Shown: piece after piece, positions 6,993 to 24,000 of the stretch
How the letters are laid out: each line of letters starts with the position of its first letter
How positions within the stretch are numbered: the stretch's first letter is position 1
DNA from: Methanococcus aeolicus Nankai-3
Lineage (GTDB): Archaea; AGJL01; Methanococci; Methanococcales; Methanococcaceae
Length of the DNA stretch: 24,000 nucleotides
NCBI RefSeq assembly: GCF_000017185.1
Contig: NC_009635.1
Coordinates: 1,177,189-1,201,188 of the forward strand
Reading direction: 5' to 3'
Position numbers and translations under genes: made by a program
The notes under the pieces: model-generated
What the model was told of the DNA's origin: nothing
The model's input: the letters and a program-made list of their open reading frames with translations, nothing else
Databases searched by the model: none

Positions 6993-8111
6993 ATGAGTAG
7001 AATAACACTTAATACGATTAAAATAAAACCAAATATTGCGGAGCTCCAAGATGTTCCAGAGGATATTACTGCTTTGAAGTATGTAATATTAGAACCCATT
7101 GGATTTCCAATTAATATAAATGGCGAGAATCTAAAAGTTAGCGTTGATAATCATGATTTATTTAATGTATATGCGAGAGACCAGTGGGCCAATGAAGTGA
7201 TAAAAGAAGGAGAATATTTATTTGATGGTACTCTTATTCCCGATTATGCATTTAAAGTTATTAATACACACCCCAAAGAAGGCGGACTAATCACGAGAAA
7301 CACATTTTTTAAATTAAAAACCGCGAGAACCCACGATAATAAATTAGTTAAAAATGTTAAATTTGATGAAGTTATAGGGCAAAATGAGGCAAAGAAAAAA
7401 TGCAAAATAATAATGAAATATCTTGAAAATCCAGAAATATTTGGAGAGTGGGCACCCAAAAACATATTATTTTACGGAGCTCCGGGAACTGGAAAAACTT
7501 TGTTAGCAAGAGCTTTGGCAACTGAAACCGATGTTCCATTGTATTTAATTAAAGCAACGGAATTAATAGGTGACCATGTAGGAGATGGCTCAAAACAAAT
7601 CCAAGAATTATATGAAAAAGCATCAAGCAGTAAACCTTGCATCATTTTCATAGATGAAATAGATGCAATAGCTTTAAGCCGACAGTATCAATCATTAAGA
7701 GGGGATGTTTCTGAAATTGTAAATGCCCTACTTACAGAATTAGACGGAATACATGATAATGACGGCATTATTACAATTGCGGCAACAAATAATCCCGATA
7801 TGTTAGATAATGCCATAAGAAGTAGGTTTGAAGAAGAAATTAAATTCGAAGCTCCGAATGATGAAGATAGATTAAAAATCATGAAGCTCTATATGGGTAA
7901 AATACCACTTAACACAAAAAATATTAATTTAAAAAAATATGTGGAAAAAACAAAAGGCATGAGTGGTAGGGACATAAAAGAGAAACTAATAAAACCAGCA
8001 CTCCATAAAGCAATTTTAGAGGACAAAAATTCAATTGAAGAGAAAGATTTAGATATTATATTAAATAAGTTAAAAGGCGGAAAAAAAGAGCCTTTACATT
8101 TATATGCGTAA
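6993..8111 (+). CDS. Single-domain AAA+ ATPase (MJ1494-like '26S protease regulatory subunit homolog'; not PAN)
   Basis: Walker A GAPGTGKTLLARA, Walker B IIFIDEIDA, and second region of homology ATNNPDMLDNAIRSRF. The ORF opens at GTG 6966, but ATG 6993 is preceded by GAGGTG with a 4-nt spacer, so 6993 is preferred. Confidence 0.9.
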   Translation: MSRITLNTIKIKPNIAELQDVPEDITALKYVILEPIGFPININGENLKVSVDNHDLFNVYARDQWANEVIKEGEYLFDGTLIPDYAFKVINTHPKEGGLITRNTFFKLKTARTHDNKLVKNVKFDEVIGQNEAKKKCKIIMKYLENPEIFGEWAPKNILFYGAPGTGKTLLARALATETDVPLYLIKATELIGDHVGDGSKQIQELYEKASSSKPCIIFIDEIDAIALSRQYQSLRGDVSEIVNALLTELDGIHDNDGIITIAATNNPDMLDNAIRSRFEEEIKFEAPNDEDRLKIMKLYMGKIPLNTKNINLKKYVEKTKGMSGRDIKEKLIKPALHKAILEDKNSIEEKDLDIILNKLKGGKKEPLHLYA

Positions 8112-8114
8112 ATA

Positions 8115-8242
8115 TGGTAAGTTCAATAACTGTTCCTTATTCGTTCTAAATTAGAACGCATATTTACTATTCATTTTTAGTAATATAATACGGATTTTGG
8201 CTTTAATTAGGCATATTTATGAAAACGACCGATGATTGACTA
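8115..8242 (+). repeat. Family-1 intergenic element, short form, copy C
   Basis: TA-TGGTAAGTTCAATAACTGTTCCTTAT at the left and ATGAAAACGACCGATGATTGACTA-TA at the right. The interior is unrelated to copies A/B but contains the hairpin CGTTCTA-AAT-TAGAACG. Lies between the convergent AAA ATPase and polC genes. Confidence 0.7.
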
Positions 8243-8273
8243 TAAATAAAAAATTATTATATTTTATATTTTA

Positions 8274-13271
<4,998 letters not shown>

Positions 13272-13337
13272 ATATTCACCAAATATATATTTAAAAATAG
13301 TATAGATTATATGATATTAATAATTTTAGGTATATTA

Positions 13338-13451
13338 TAGTAAGTTCAAAAACTGTCCCTTTATTGTTCCAAATAATTAAGTGCAATGAATACATTAATA
13401 AAATATAGTTATTTATATAAATATATGGTGAAACAGTTCGAAGATTGACTA
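13338..13451 (+). repeat. Family-1 intergenic element, short form, copy D
   Basis: TA-TAGTAAGTTCAAAAACTGTCCCTTTAT at the left and GGTGAAACAGTTCGAAGATTGACTA-TA at the right. The interior is AT-rich and unrelated to copies A, B and C. Confidence 0.7.
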
Positions 13452-13453
13452 TA

Positions 13454-13618
13454 TAGTGTGTTCGAAAAGTCAAATTCTTACAGAATTTGAGTTATAATCC
13501 TTCGGATTTTATTCAATTCGTTCTCTATCATCCTATGCTATCTTGCTGTATTTAATATAATATAACAAAATGATAAGGAACATAGAATATATGATGTAAA
13601 GAGTTCTCGAACATACTA
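13454..13618. repeat. Family-2 element with 17-nt terminal inverted repeats
   Basis: Including the TA flanks, the left end TATAGTGTGTTCGAAAA (13452-13468) and the right end TTCTCGAACATACTATA (13604-13620; reverse complement TATAGTATGTTCGAGAA) match at 15 of 17 positions. The core annotated here excludes the TA flanks. Internal hairpins are CAAATTCT-TAC-AGAATTTG and AATCC-TTC-GGATT. Shares the TA at 13452-13453 with copy D. Confidence 0.7.
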
Positions 13619-13669
13619 TAAAAAAACCATATAATTAATTATACAAATATGATTGTTTAAAAAAATAAT

Positions 13670-13912
13670 GGCATGAGACCTATAGCCCGCCTTCTGTAAT
13701 TTCGGCGACATTCGGCTAAGCACAATACTGCTTGCACCCATGTGGGGTAGTCTCGTTTCACTGGATTCTCGGAGCTCCTCAAATTATATCATTGTCATCT
13801 GCTTCGAGGCCATATCGTTTCTATACACTGAAACCCAGCCCTTCTCAGGACATTGCACATATTGTGGGTGGGCGGAGCTTCCTCCTATAAGGAGTCGCCA
13901 GTTCTCTTGCCA
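13670..13912 (-). ncRNA. rnpB: RNase P RNA, archaeal type M (Methanococcales type)
   Basis: The minus-strand RNA carries CR-I-like GGAGGAAGCUCCGCCCACC and CR-V-like UUACAGAAGGCGGGCUAU. P4 pairs CCGCCC with GGCGGG, P2 pairs GGCGAC with GUCGCC, and P1 pairs GGCAAGAGA with UCUCAUGCC. A short P3 hairpin is CUCC-UUAU-AGGAG. The gene is followed by a U7 run. Ends are accurate to a few nt. Confidence 0.85.
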
Positions 13913-14071
13913 TCAATATAATCATATTACAATATTTTATTAGTATATATTATGTTATCGGTTTAACGAATACTATGAGAATACATATAACACTCGAAAA
14001 CCCGAAAAGCTAAATCATAATAAAAACTAAACATAAATTAAAAGTTAAACCATAATAAAAATCGTATATTT

Positions 14072-14078
14072 AAAAAAA
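14072..14078 (-). terminator. Oligo-T archaeal terminator after the 5S rRNA
   Basis: A7 on the plus strand (T7 on the transcribed strand) lies immediately 3' of the 5S rRNA end. Further T-rich repeats (GTTTTTATTATGRTTTA twice) lie downstream at about 14008-14062. Confidence 0.45.
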
Positions 14079-14080
14079 TG

Positions 14081-14198
14081 ACTAACAGCGTCTCCCTGTT
14101 TCCACCGAATGGCAGTACTTAGGGAATCGCTGAAGGGCTTGATTTCCGAGATCGGAATGGGATCGGATATAACACCTTCGCTATGACCGTTATGTCAG
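14081..14198 (-). rRNA. 5S rRNA
   Basis: The reverse complement reads CUGACAUAACGGUCAUAGCG...CCGAUCCCAUUCCGAUCUCGGAA...GGGAGACGCUGUUAGU. Terminal helix pairing and archaeal 5S conserved blocks are present. About 118 nt. Confidence 0.9.
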
Positions 14199-14253
14199 AA
14201 AACAATAAAGTAGGTTCCTGTATCTTTAAGTGTCCAGATATTCCAATATCTCT

Positions 14254-17200
<2,947 letters not shown>

Positions 17201-17322
17201 ATAGATATGTGGAATATCTGGATATCACCAGATACAGAAACCTATGCGTAACCTTCAACTTGCAATATTTGCTATATTGCAATCCAGTTTCAAGTTATAA
17301 CCCTGTGGATTATAACTCCGTA

Positions 17323-17395
<73 letters not shown>

Positions 17396-17404
17396 ATTGT
17401 CCTT

Positions 17405-17436
17405 AGCCCATAACCATTTAGTGCTTGATAACGACC
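17405..17436 (-). other. 3' half of the 16S rRNA processing helix (pairs with 18986-19017)
   Basis: AGCCCATAACCATTTAGTGCTTGATAACGACC is complementary to GGTCGTTATCAAGTATCACTTGGTTATGGGCT except for a central mismatched segment. This is consistent with a bulge-helix-bulge endonuclease site. Confidence 0.6.
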
Positions 17437-17444
17437 TTTTTTTC

Positions 17445-18915
<1,471 letters not shown>

Positions 18916-18985
18916 TAATTGTAAGGCTGTAAAACAACCTTACAACCACTCTTAGGAGTTGGTCAATATATTTTGGAATTGACTC

Positions 18986-19017
18986 GGTCGTTATCAAGTA
19001 TCACTTGGTTATGGGCT
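18986..19017 (-). other. 5' half of the 16S rRNA processing helix (pairs with 17405-17436)
   Basis: See the partner feature. It lies in the leader between the putative promoter region (AT-rich, TTTATAT on the minus strand at 19119-19125) and the 16S 5' end. Confidence 0.6.
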
Positions 19018-19204
19018 TACATCAAACTTGAACTATTTCTTATCTTCAAGCTATCACATTTGCATAATATGCTGGTGGTTTGTGTATTGTATTGTTTTTA
19101 GGTTGGAAACAATAATAAATATAAACATAAATATTCAATAACCACTACTAATTGCCAGATATTCGACTAAGACAATACGATAAAAAAATATTAAAAAAGT
19201 AATA

Positions 19205-20230
19205 TTATTGTTTTTTTTGTTTTTTGGCAAGATTTTCCAAACTATCAAGTTGTTCTTTTGTTCCAAATGCATATAATATATCATCTGAATCCAGAACAAT
19301 ATCTGCCGGAGGATTTGTTATTAAATTATTTTCTTTCTTAATTCCAATAATTGTAGCACCACTTTTTTGTCGGATATTTGTATTTAATATTGTATTATTG
19401 TGGAGCTCCGAGCCATCTTCAACTATTATTTTTCGTATCTCTAAATCTTCATCATATTCATATTTTGCTATGGACATAAATGTTGAAACAAAATCTAATA
19501 TTCCTGGCTTTACTGCCAATTCAGCCATTCTTAAACCGCCAATTACATAAGGAGAAACAACTTTATCTGCCCCTGCAATAAGAAGTTTATCCATAGCAAC
19601 TTGCTCATCTGCCTTTGCTACAATATATAAATCAGGATTTATTCTTCTTGATGATAATACAATATATACATTATCAGAATCATTTGAAACTGATGAAATA
19701 AGTCCTTTTGCATCATTTATTTTTGCATTATATAATATTTCATCATGAGTGGCATCGCCTACAATATATTTAAAATTAGGATTATTTGATAGTTCGTTCT
19801 CCAATGTATCTATATTATTATCTATCACGACATATTCAATCCCTTCTTTTTCAAATTTATCTACAACAACCCTTCCACTTTTACCATATCCACATATAAT
19901 ATAATGATTTTTTAATTTACTTATTTTTTTATCCATAATTTTCAACTGCTTTGTTTTTTGAAAATAACCCCCAATAAAAAAGTCGGCAAAATTACCGAGA
20001 GTATATAATCCAATACTAACACCTAATAGAACATATATTGCAGTAATAATCTTACCGTTCGAAGTTATTGGAACAAAATCCCCAAAACCAACCGTTGTAA
20101 TTGTGGTTATTGAATAATATATGGCGTCCAATGTATTTAATCCTTCAAAATATGCCATAAGCCCAGCATATGCCATTATTAAACTAAACATTACAAATAT
20201 ACTTATTTTTATTTTATCAACAACATCCAT
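19205..20230 (-). CDS. MthK-like potassium channel (2-TM pore plus RCK/TrkA-N and TrkA-C domains)
   Basis: 341-aa ORF. Selectivity filter TTVGFGD lies between two hydrophobic helices. A Rossmann-type motif IICGYGKSGR is followed by a TrkA-C-like C-terminal domain. Confidence 0.9.
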   Translation of the reverse strand: MDVVDKIKISIFVMFSLIMAYAGLMAYFEGLNTLDAIYYSITTITTVGFGDFVPITSNGKIITAIYVLLGVSIGLYTLGNFADFFIGGYFQKTKQLKIMDKKISKLKNHYIICGYGKSGRVVVDKFEKEGIEYVVIDNNIDTLENELSNNPNFKYIVGDATHDEILYNAKINDAKGLISSVSNDSDNVYIVLSSRRINPDLYIVAKADEQVAMDKLLIAGADKVVSPYVIGGLRMAELAVKPGILDFVSTFMSIAKYEYDEDLEIRKIIVEDGSELHNNTILNTNIRQKSGATIIGIKKENNLITNPPADIVLDSDDILYAFGTKEQLDSLENLAKKQKKQ

Positions 20231-20372
20231 ATAACCACAAATATACTATTAATCTGATATCAATTATATTATTATGCCATACACCAGAGACATTTATCAA
20301 CATTATATTAGATATATTATAAAATATAAATGACCTATATAATATATAATTTATCTATATGAACAGTTGCAA

Positions 20373-21878
20373 ATGCTGAAAAATACCGCGGGCGATATAA
20401 TGGAAATCGGGATATTAGATATAAAAGGAGCTCTACCCTGTTTTGAAAATTTCGGAAATTTACCTACAAAAATAATTGATGAAAATAATGTAAAAATAAT
20501 TAATGACCTTGATATGCTTATAATGCCGGGGGGTAGTTTAGTTGAAAGTGGTTCATTAACAGATGATTTAAAAAAACAAATTATAGAATTTGACAATATT
20601 ATTTTAGGAATATGTAGTGGATTCCAAATACTGTGTGAAAAAATAGATATTGGTAGAAAAAGTCCTGTCCCAATAGTAAAAGAGGGATTAAATTTATTGG
20701 GAGTAGAATTTTCGCCCTTGATATGCACCGATAGAGTAAAATTTAACATAGTTGAAAGCGAAATATTTGAAAATAATAGCGGAACTGGTTTTCATTGCCA
20801 TACATACGGAGATATAAAAATTACAAATAAAAAAACAAAACCATTAACATACTCCTCAATCCAAAAATTGAACTATAAAATGACTGGAGGTAAAGATATA
20901 TTATCAGGAGTATATTGTAATAACATAATTGGAACAATGGTACATAACTTTTTAGATAATAAAAATATACGAGAAAATTTATTTAATTATTTAAAAATAG
21001 ATGAAATAGAACAAAATAACATATTTAAAAAAAATAAAGAAATAAAAAATAAATTAAAGGCAAAATCAATAATATATAATAACAAATATAAAAATGAAAA
21101 TAATAATAACAAAAATACTAATGATAATAAAAACCTAAACAGTAAAAAAGGACTAATATTACTGGCAACTGGCTCAGATAGTGGAAAAACATTTTTAATC
21201 ACCAGCATTGTGTCAAAGCTAAATAAAAAAACATTTGTTGCAAAAATAGGTCCTGATGTGCGAGATATTGTTCCATCACTATATATATTGAGAGAAGAAA
21301 TGACAAAATACAACAGCATAAAAATTGCAGATAGAGGATGGTGTGAAGTTGAGGAATTTATGAACTTTGTAAATAATTCAGACTATGAATATTATATTAT
21401 AGAGGGCGTAATGGGGGCTTTCACAGGAGCATTAAATAAAAAAAATTATAGCGGTGCCGAAATCTCGAAAACATTGGGAGCTCCCACATATATTGTATCG
21501 GCATGTAATAAAAGTGGCATAGAAGGAGCATTTGTAGAAAGTTTGGCATATTATTCATTATTAAAAGAAATGGGTGTAAATGTAAAAGGAATGATATTAA
21601 ATAAAATATATAATTTTGAAATATTTGAAAAAGTAAAAGAAATAGGAGAAAATATAGGATTAGAAGTTATCGGCGTTGGAAAAGCCATACAGAATAAAAG
21701 GGGACTTATGCCAGAAGTTGAAATAGACTATGAAGAATTTTGTAAAAATGCAAATAATATAACTATGGATATAAATATTCCAAAATTGAACATAAATGGA
21801 CATAATAATAGTAATAATAGCAATACTCAAAATTATGATTTTAAACATTATTTAGAAAAATGGAGTAAAAAAATATAA
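20373..21878 (+). CDS. Two-domain CobB/CobQ-like protein with swapped domain order: N-terminal GATase3-type glutamine amidotransferase, C-terminal dethiobiotin-synthetase-like P-loop domain
   Basis: N-terminal LIMPGG...[11 protein letters not shown] (nucleophile Cys) and GFHCHTYG (His). An Asn/Lys-rich linker follows. C-terminal [13 protein letters not shown] (P-loop) and YYIIEGVMG. The start is ambiguous (TTG 20367, ATG 20373, ATG 20400), with no clear SD motif. Confidence 0.8.
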   Translation: MLKNTAGDIMEIGILDIKGALPCFENFGNLPTKIIDENNVKIINDLDMLIMPGGSLVESGSLTDDLKKQIIEFDNIILGICSGFQILCEKIDIGRKSPVPIVKEGLNLLGVEFSPLICTDRVKFNIVESEIFENNSGTGFHCHTYGDIKITNKKTKPLTYSSIQKLNYKMTGGKDILSGVYCNNIIGTMVHNFLDNKNIRENLFNYLKIDEIEQNNIFKKNKEIKNKLKAKSIIYNNKYKNENNNNKNTNDNKNLNSKKGLILLATGSDSGKTFLITSIVSKLNKKTFVAKIGPDVRDIVPSLYILREEMTKYNSIKIADRGWCEVEEFMNFVNNSDYEYYIIEGVMGAFTGALNKKNYSGAEISKTLGAPTYIVSACNKSGIEGAFVESLAYYSLLKEMGVNVKGMILNKIYNFEIFEKVKEIGENIGLEVIGVGKAIQNKRGLMPEVEIDYEEFCKNANNITMDINIPKLNINGHNNSNNSNTQNYDFKHYLEKWSKKI

Positions 21879-21969
21879 CATTGAAAAAATTTAATAAAAT
21901 ATTATTGTAATTAGGGGACTCCCATAAAACAACAGTAGTTAAAACATATAATATAATTTAAGGGATAAT

Positions 21970-24000
21970 ATGGACAACAACAAAATTGAAGAATTAAAAC
22001 CATATATTGTTGCCTATCTTAAAAATATGCATCAAGACGATATAGTATTTGAAAATGAAAATATAACGGTAGATTTAGATAAACTATATAATTATGGAGT
22101 GGTAGATTTTATAGAATATTTGATAAATAACCCTCCCGAGGGCATAGAAATATTGGCGGAATGCTATAAGGAGGCCTATTTTGCACTGAAAACAGAACAA
22201 CCTGCTTATACGACTCACATATATATTAAAAATATTCCAAATATATTTAAAACATATAAAAATAAAAAATTAACCATTAAAGATATTAAAAGTAGCACAA
22301 TAGGTAAGTTAATAGAATTTGAAGGAATTATAGTATTGGCAACAAAAATAAAGTCAATATTAAAAAAAGCAGTATATCAATGTTCAAGTTGTGGCAATCC
22401 TCCAATATCATTAGATATTGACAACCCCTATGAATTTAATTATGATTCAAAAACCTGTAAAAAATGTAATGGAATAATGAAATTAATAGAAGGAGAATCA
22501 GAATATGCCGATTTTCAAGAACTAAAAATTCAACAGCCCCTTGATTTAATGGATGACCCAGAGGAACCCCCAAAATACATAACTGTATTTTTGGAAAATT
22601 CAAAGGGAATATATTGCGGAAGAGTAAATGTAATAGGAATACCCATAAAATACCAAAGTAGCAAAAAATTACCAATATATGACATCTGTGTTAAAGGAAT
22701 AAGTTGTGAATTGATAGAAAATCAGATGGAAAATAAGGTAAATGAAGAAGATATTGAAAAAATAGAAAAAGTGGCAACTCATCCAGACATAATAAATATT
22801 CTATCAAATGAATTAATTCCTGAGATAAAAGGATATGAAACCATAAAAAAGGCAATATTTTTACAGCAAATAAAGGGAGTTAAAAAAGGAAATAAAAGAG
22901 CAGACAGCCATATATTATTAATCACAGACCCAGGAATTGGAAAAAGTGTTATGTTAAGAAAAATTGCGGAGCTCCCTGGGAATGTATATGGTTCTGTAAC
23001 TACTGCATCGGGTGTAGGTTTAACGGCCGCAGTAGTTAGGGAAAGAACTGAAATAGGAGACGATACATGGGTAATCAAACCAGGATTATTGGTAAAGGCC
23101 AATTTAGGAACTGCCTGTATTGATGAGCTAACTGTCAATAGAGACCTTCAAAGTTTTGTTTTAGAAGCAATGGAATCCCAAACAATCCACATCAACAAAG
23201 GAGGAATAAACACAAAATTACCTGCGGAATGTGCCATTATTGCAGCATGTAATCCAAGATGGGGAAAATTTGACCCAAATGTATCCATACCTGAACAGAT
23301 TAACATACCTGCCCCCATGTTGAGTAGGTTTGATATTATATTTCCAATAAAAGATGAAGTAAATAGAACAAAGGATAAAGAAATAGCCCAACACATAATA
23401 GGAATACATAAAAAATATTTAGAGGAAGATCAAAATACCAATAAACGAAAAAATAAAGTTGTAATAAATGACATAGAATTAACAGAAGAATTTATTTTAA
23501 AATATATAATATATGCCAGGGGAAAACAGCCAATAATATCAAAAGAAGCCGAAGACATGTTGGTAGAATATTATATAGACATGCGAAAAAGCTCCATGCA
23601 AATCACGGCACGACAATTGGAGGCCACAATAAGAATAGCCGAAGCACATGCAAAAGCAAAATTAAAGGATGTTGTAGAAAAAGAAGATGCGCAAGAAGCC
23701 ATAAGAATAATAAACGAAGCCTTAAAAGAAATTGCCTATGACCCAGAAACTGGAATGATTGATGTAGGAAAAATAACTGGACAATCTACAAAGGAAACCG
23801 ACAAAATGAAAGAAATATATAACATCATTAAAAAAATATCTGAAAAAACTGAAAAAGAATTGGTATTAAGTGAGGACATCATGGAAGAAGCGGAAAAAAT
23901 AGGGATAAAAGAAGAAACAGAGGTAGAAAATATACTTAAAAAATTAAAAATAAAAGGAGAAATTGACGAACCAAGAAATGGAAAATATAGAATAATATAA
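21970..24000 (+). CDS. mcm: MCM replicative helicase
   Basis: 676-aa ORF. C4 zinc motif CSSCGN...CKKCNG, Walker A DPGIGKS, Walker B ACIDE, sensor-1 AACNP, Arg finger SRFD, sensor-2 ARQLEATIRIAEAHAK, and a C-terminal winged-helix-like tail. Stop TAA at 23998-24000. Confidence 0.95.
   Translation: MDNNKIEELKPYIVAYLKNMHQDDIVFENENITVDLDKLYNYGVVDFIEYLINNPPEGIEILAECYKEAYFALKTEQPAYTTHIYIKNIPNIFKTYKNKKLTIKDIKSSTIGKLIEFEGIIVLATKIKSILKKAVYQCSSCGNPPISLDIDNPYEFNYDSKTCKKCNGIMKLIEGESEYADFQELKIQQPLDLMDDPEEPPKYITVFLENSKGIYCGRVNVIGIPIKYQSSKKLPIYDICVKGISCELIENQMENKVNEEDIEKIEKVATHPDIINILSNELIPEIKGYETIKKAIFLQQIKGVKKGNKRADSHILLITDPGIGKSVMLRKIAELPGNVYGSVTTASGVGLTAAVVRERTEIGDDTWVIKPGLLVKANLGTACIDELTVNRDLQSFVLEAMESQTIHINKGGINTKLPAECAIIAACNPRWGKFDPNVSIPEQINIPAPMLSRFDIIFPIKDEVNRTKDKEIAQHIIGIHKKYLEEDQNTNKRKNKVVINDIELTEEFILKYIIYARGKQPIISKEAEDMLVEYYIDMRKSSMQITARQLEATIRIAEAHAKAKLKDVVEKEDAQEAIRIINEALKEIAYDPETGMIDVGKITGQSTKETDKMKEIYNIIKKISEKTEKELVLSEDIMEEAEKIGIKEETEVENILKKLKIKGEIDEPRNGKYRII

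Noticed and set aside
13291-13473. 60-aa ORF in the polC upstream spacer
   Set aside because: It overlaps repeat copy D and AT-rich spacer. The sequence is Ile/Tyr/Asn/Leu-rich low complexity with no RBS, so it is most likely a chance ORF.
13480-13610. Possible C/D-box sRNA (AUGAUG-like strings at about 13590 on the plus strand and GGAUGAUAG on the minus strand at about 13530)
   Set aside because: There is no properly spaced CUGA D box and no terminal pairing. The strings are single imperfect matches in AT-rich DNA inside a repeat element.
21914-21923. GGGGACTCCC near-palindrome upstream of mcm, considered as a decayed copy of the octamer
   Set aside because: It lacks the AGCT core (one base missing). 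It cannot be distinguished from chance, so it was not counted among the octamer sites.

Overview
AT-rich (about 30% G+C by eye outside the rRNA genes) euryarchaeal chromosome segment. The 16S/23S sequences, a type-M RNase P RNA and the protein set suggest Methanococcales, probably a Methanococcus aeolicus-like mesophile; this is inference only. Left to right the window holds: the 3' end of a GatE/GatB-type amidotransferase gene; a HerA/DUF87-like ATPase; an MBL-fold hydrolase and an Asn-rich lipoprotein-like gene on the minus strand; a minus-strand overlapping operon (DUF192, PTA/PlsX-like protein, UppS); an SDH/Clp-fold serine protease divergent from an MJ1494-like AAA ATPase; the DNA polymerase D large subunit (DP2), interrupted by a 502-aa LAGLIDADG intein in the NCDGDED catalytic motif; RNase P RNA; a complete minus-strand rRNA operon (16S, tRNA-Ala(UGC), 23S, 5S); an MthK-like RCK potassium channel; a domain-swapped CobB/CobQ-like amidotransferase; and an MCM helicase. 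Two sequence-level signals are not explained by the gene content. (1) The palindromic octamer GGAGCTCC occurs 14 times, in genes (all three phases, both strands), in a spacer and in an RNA gene. That is roughly two orders of magnitude above a simple composition expectation, and it is absent from the GC-rich rRNA operon. It resembles a HIP1-like or uptake-signal-like iterated palindrome. (2) Six intergenic spacers carry modular elements with TA-TAGT...ACTA-TA ends. Two ~260-bp copies lie in inverted orientation around the MBL/lipoprotein gene pair, and three of their internal hairpins differ between the copies only by compensatory base-pair changes. No transposase, CRISPR array or recognisable defence operon was seen.
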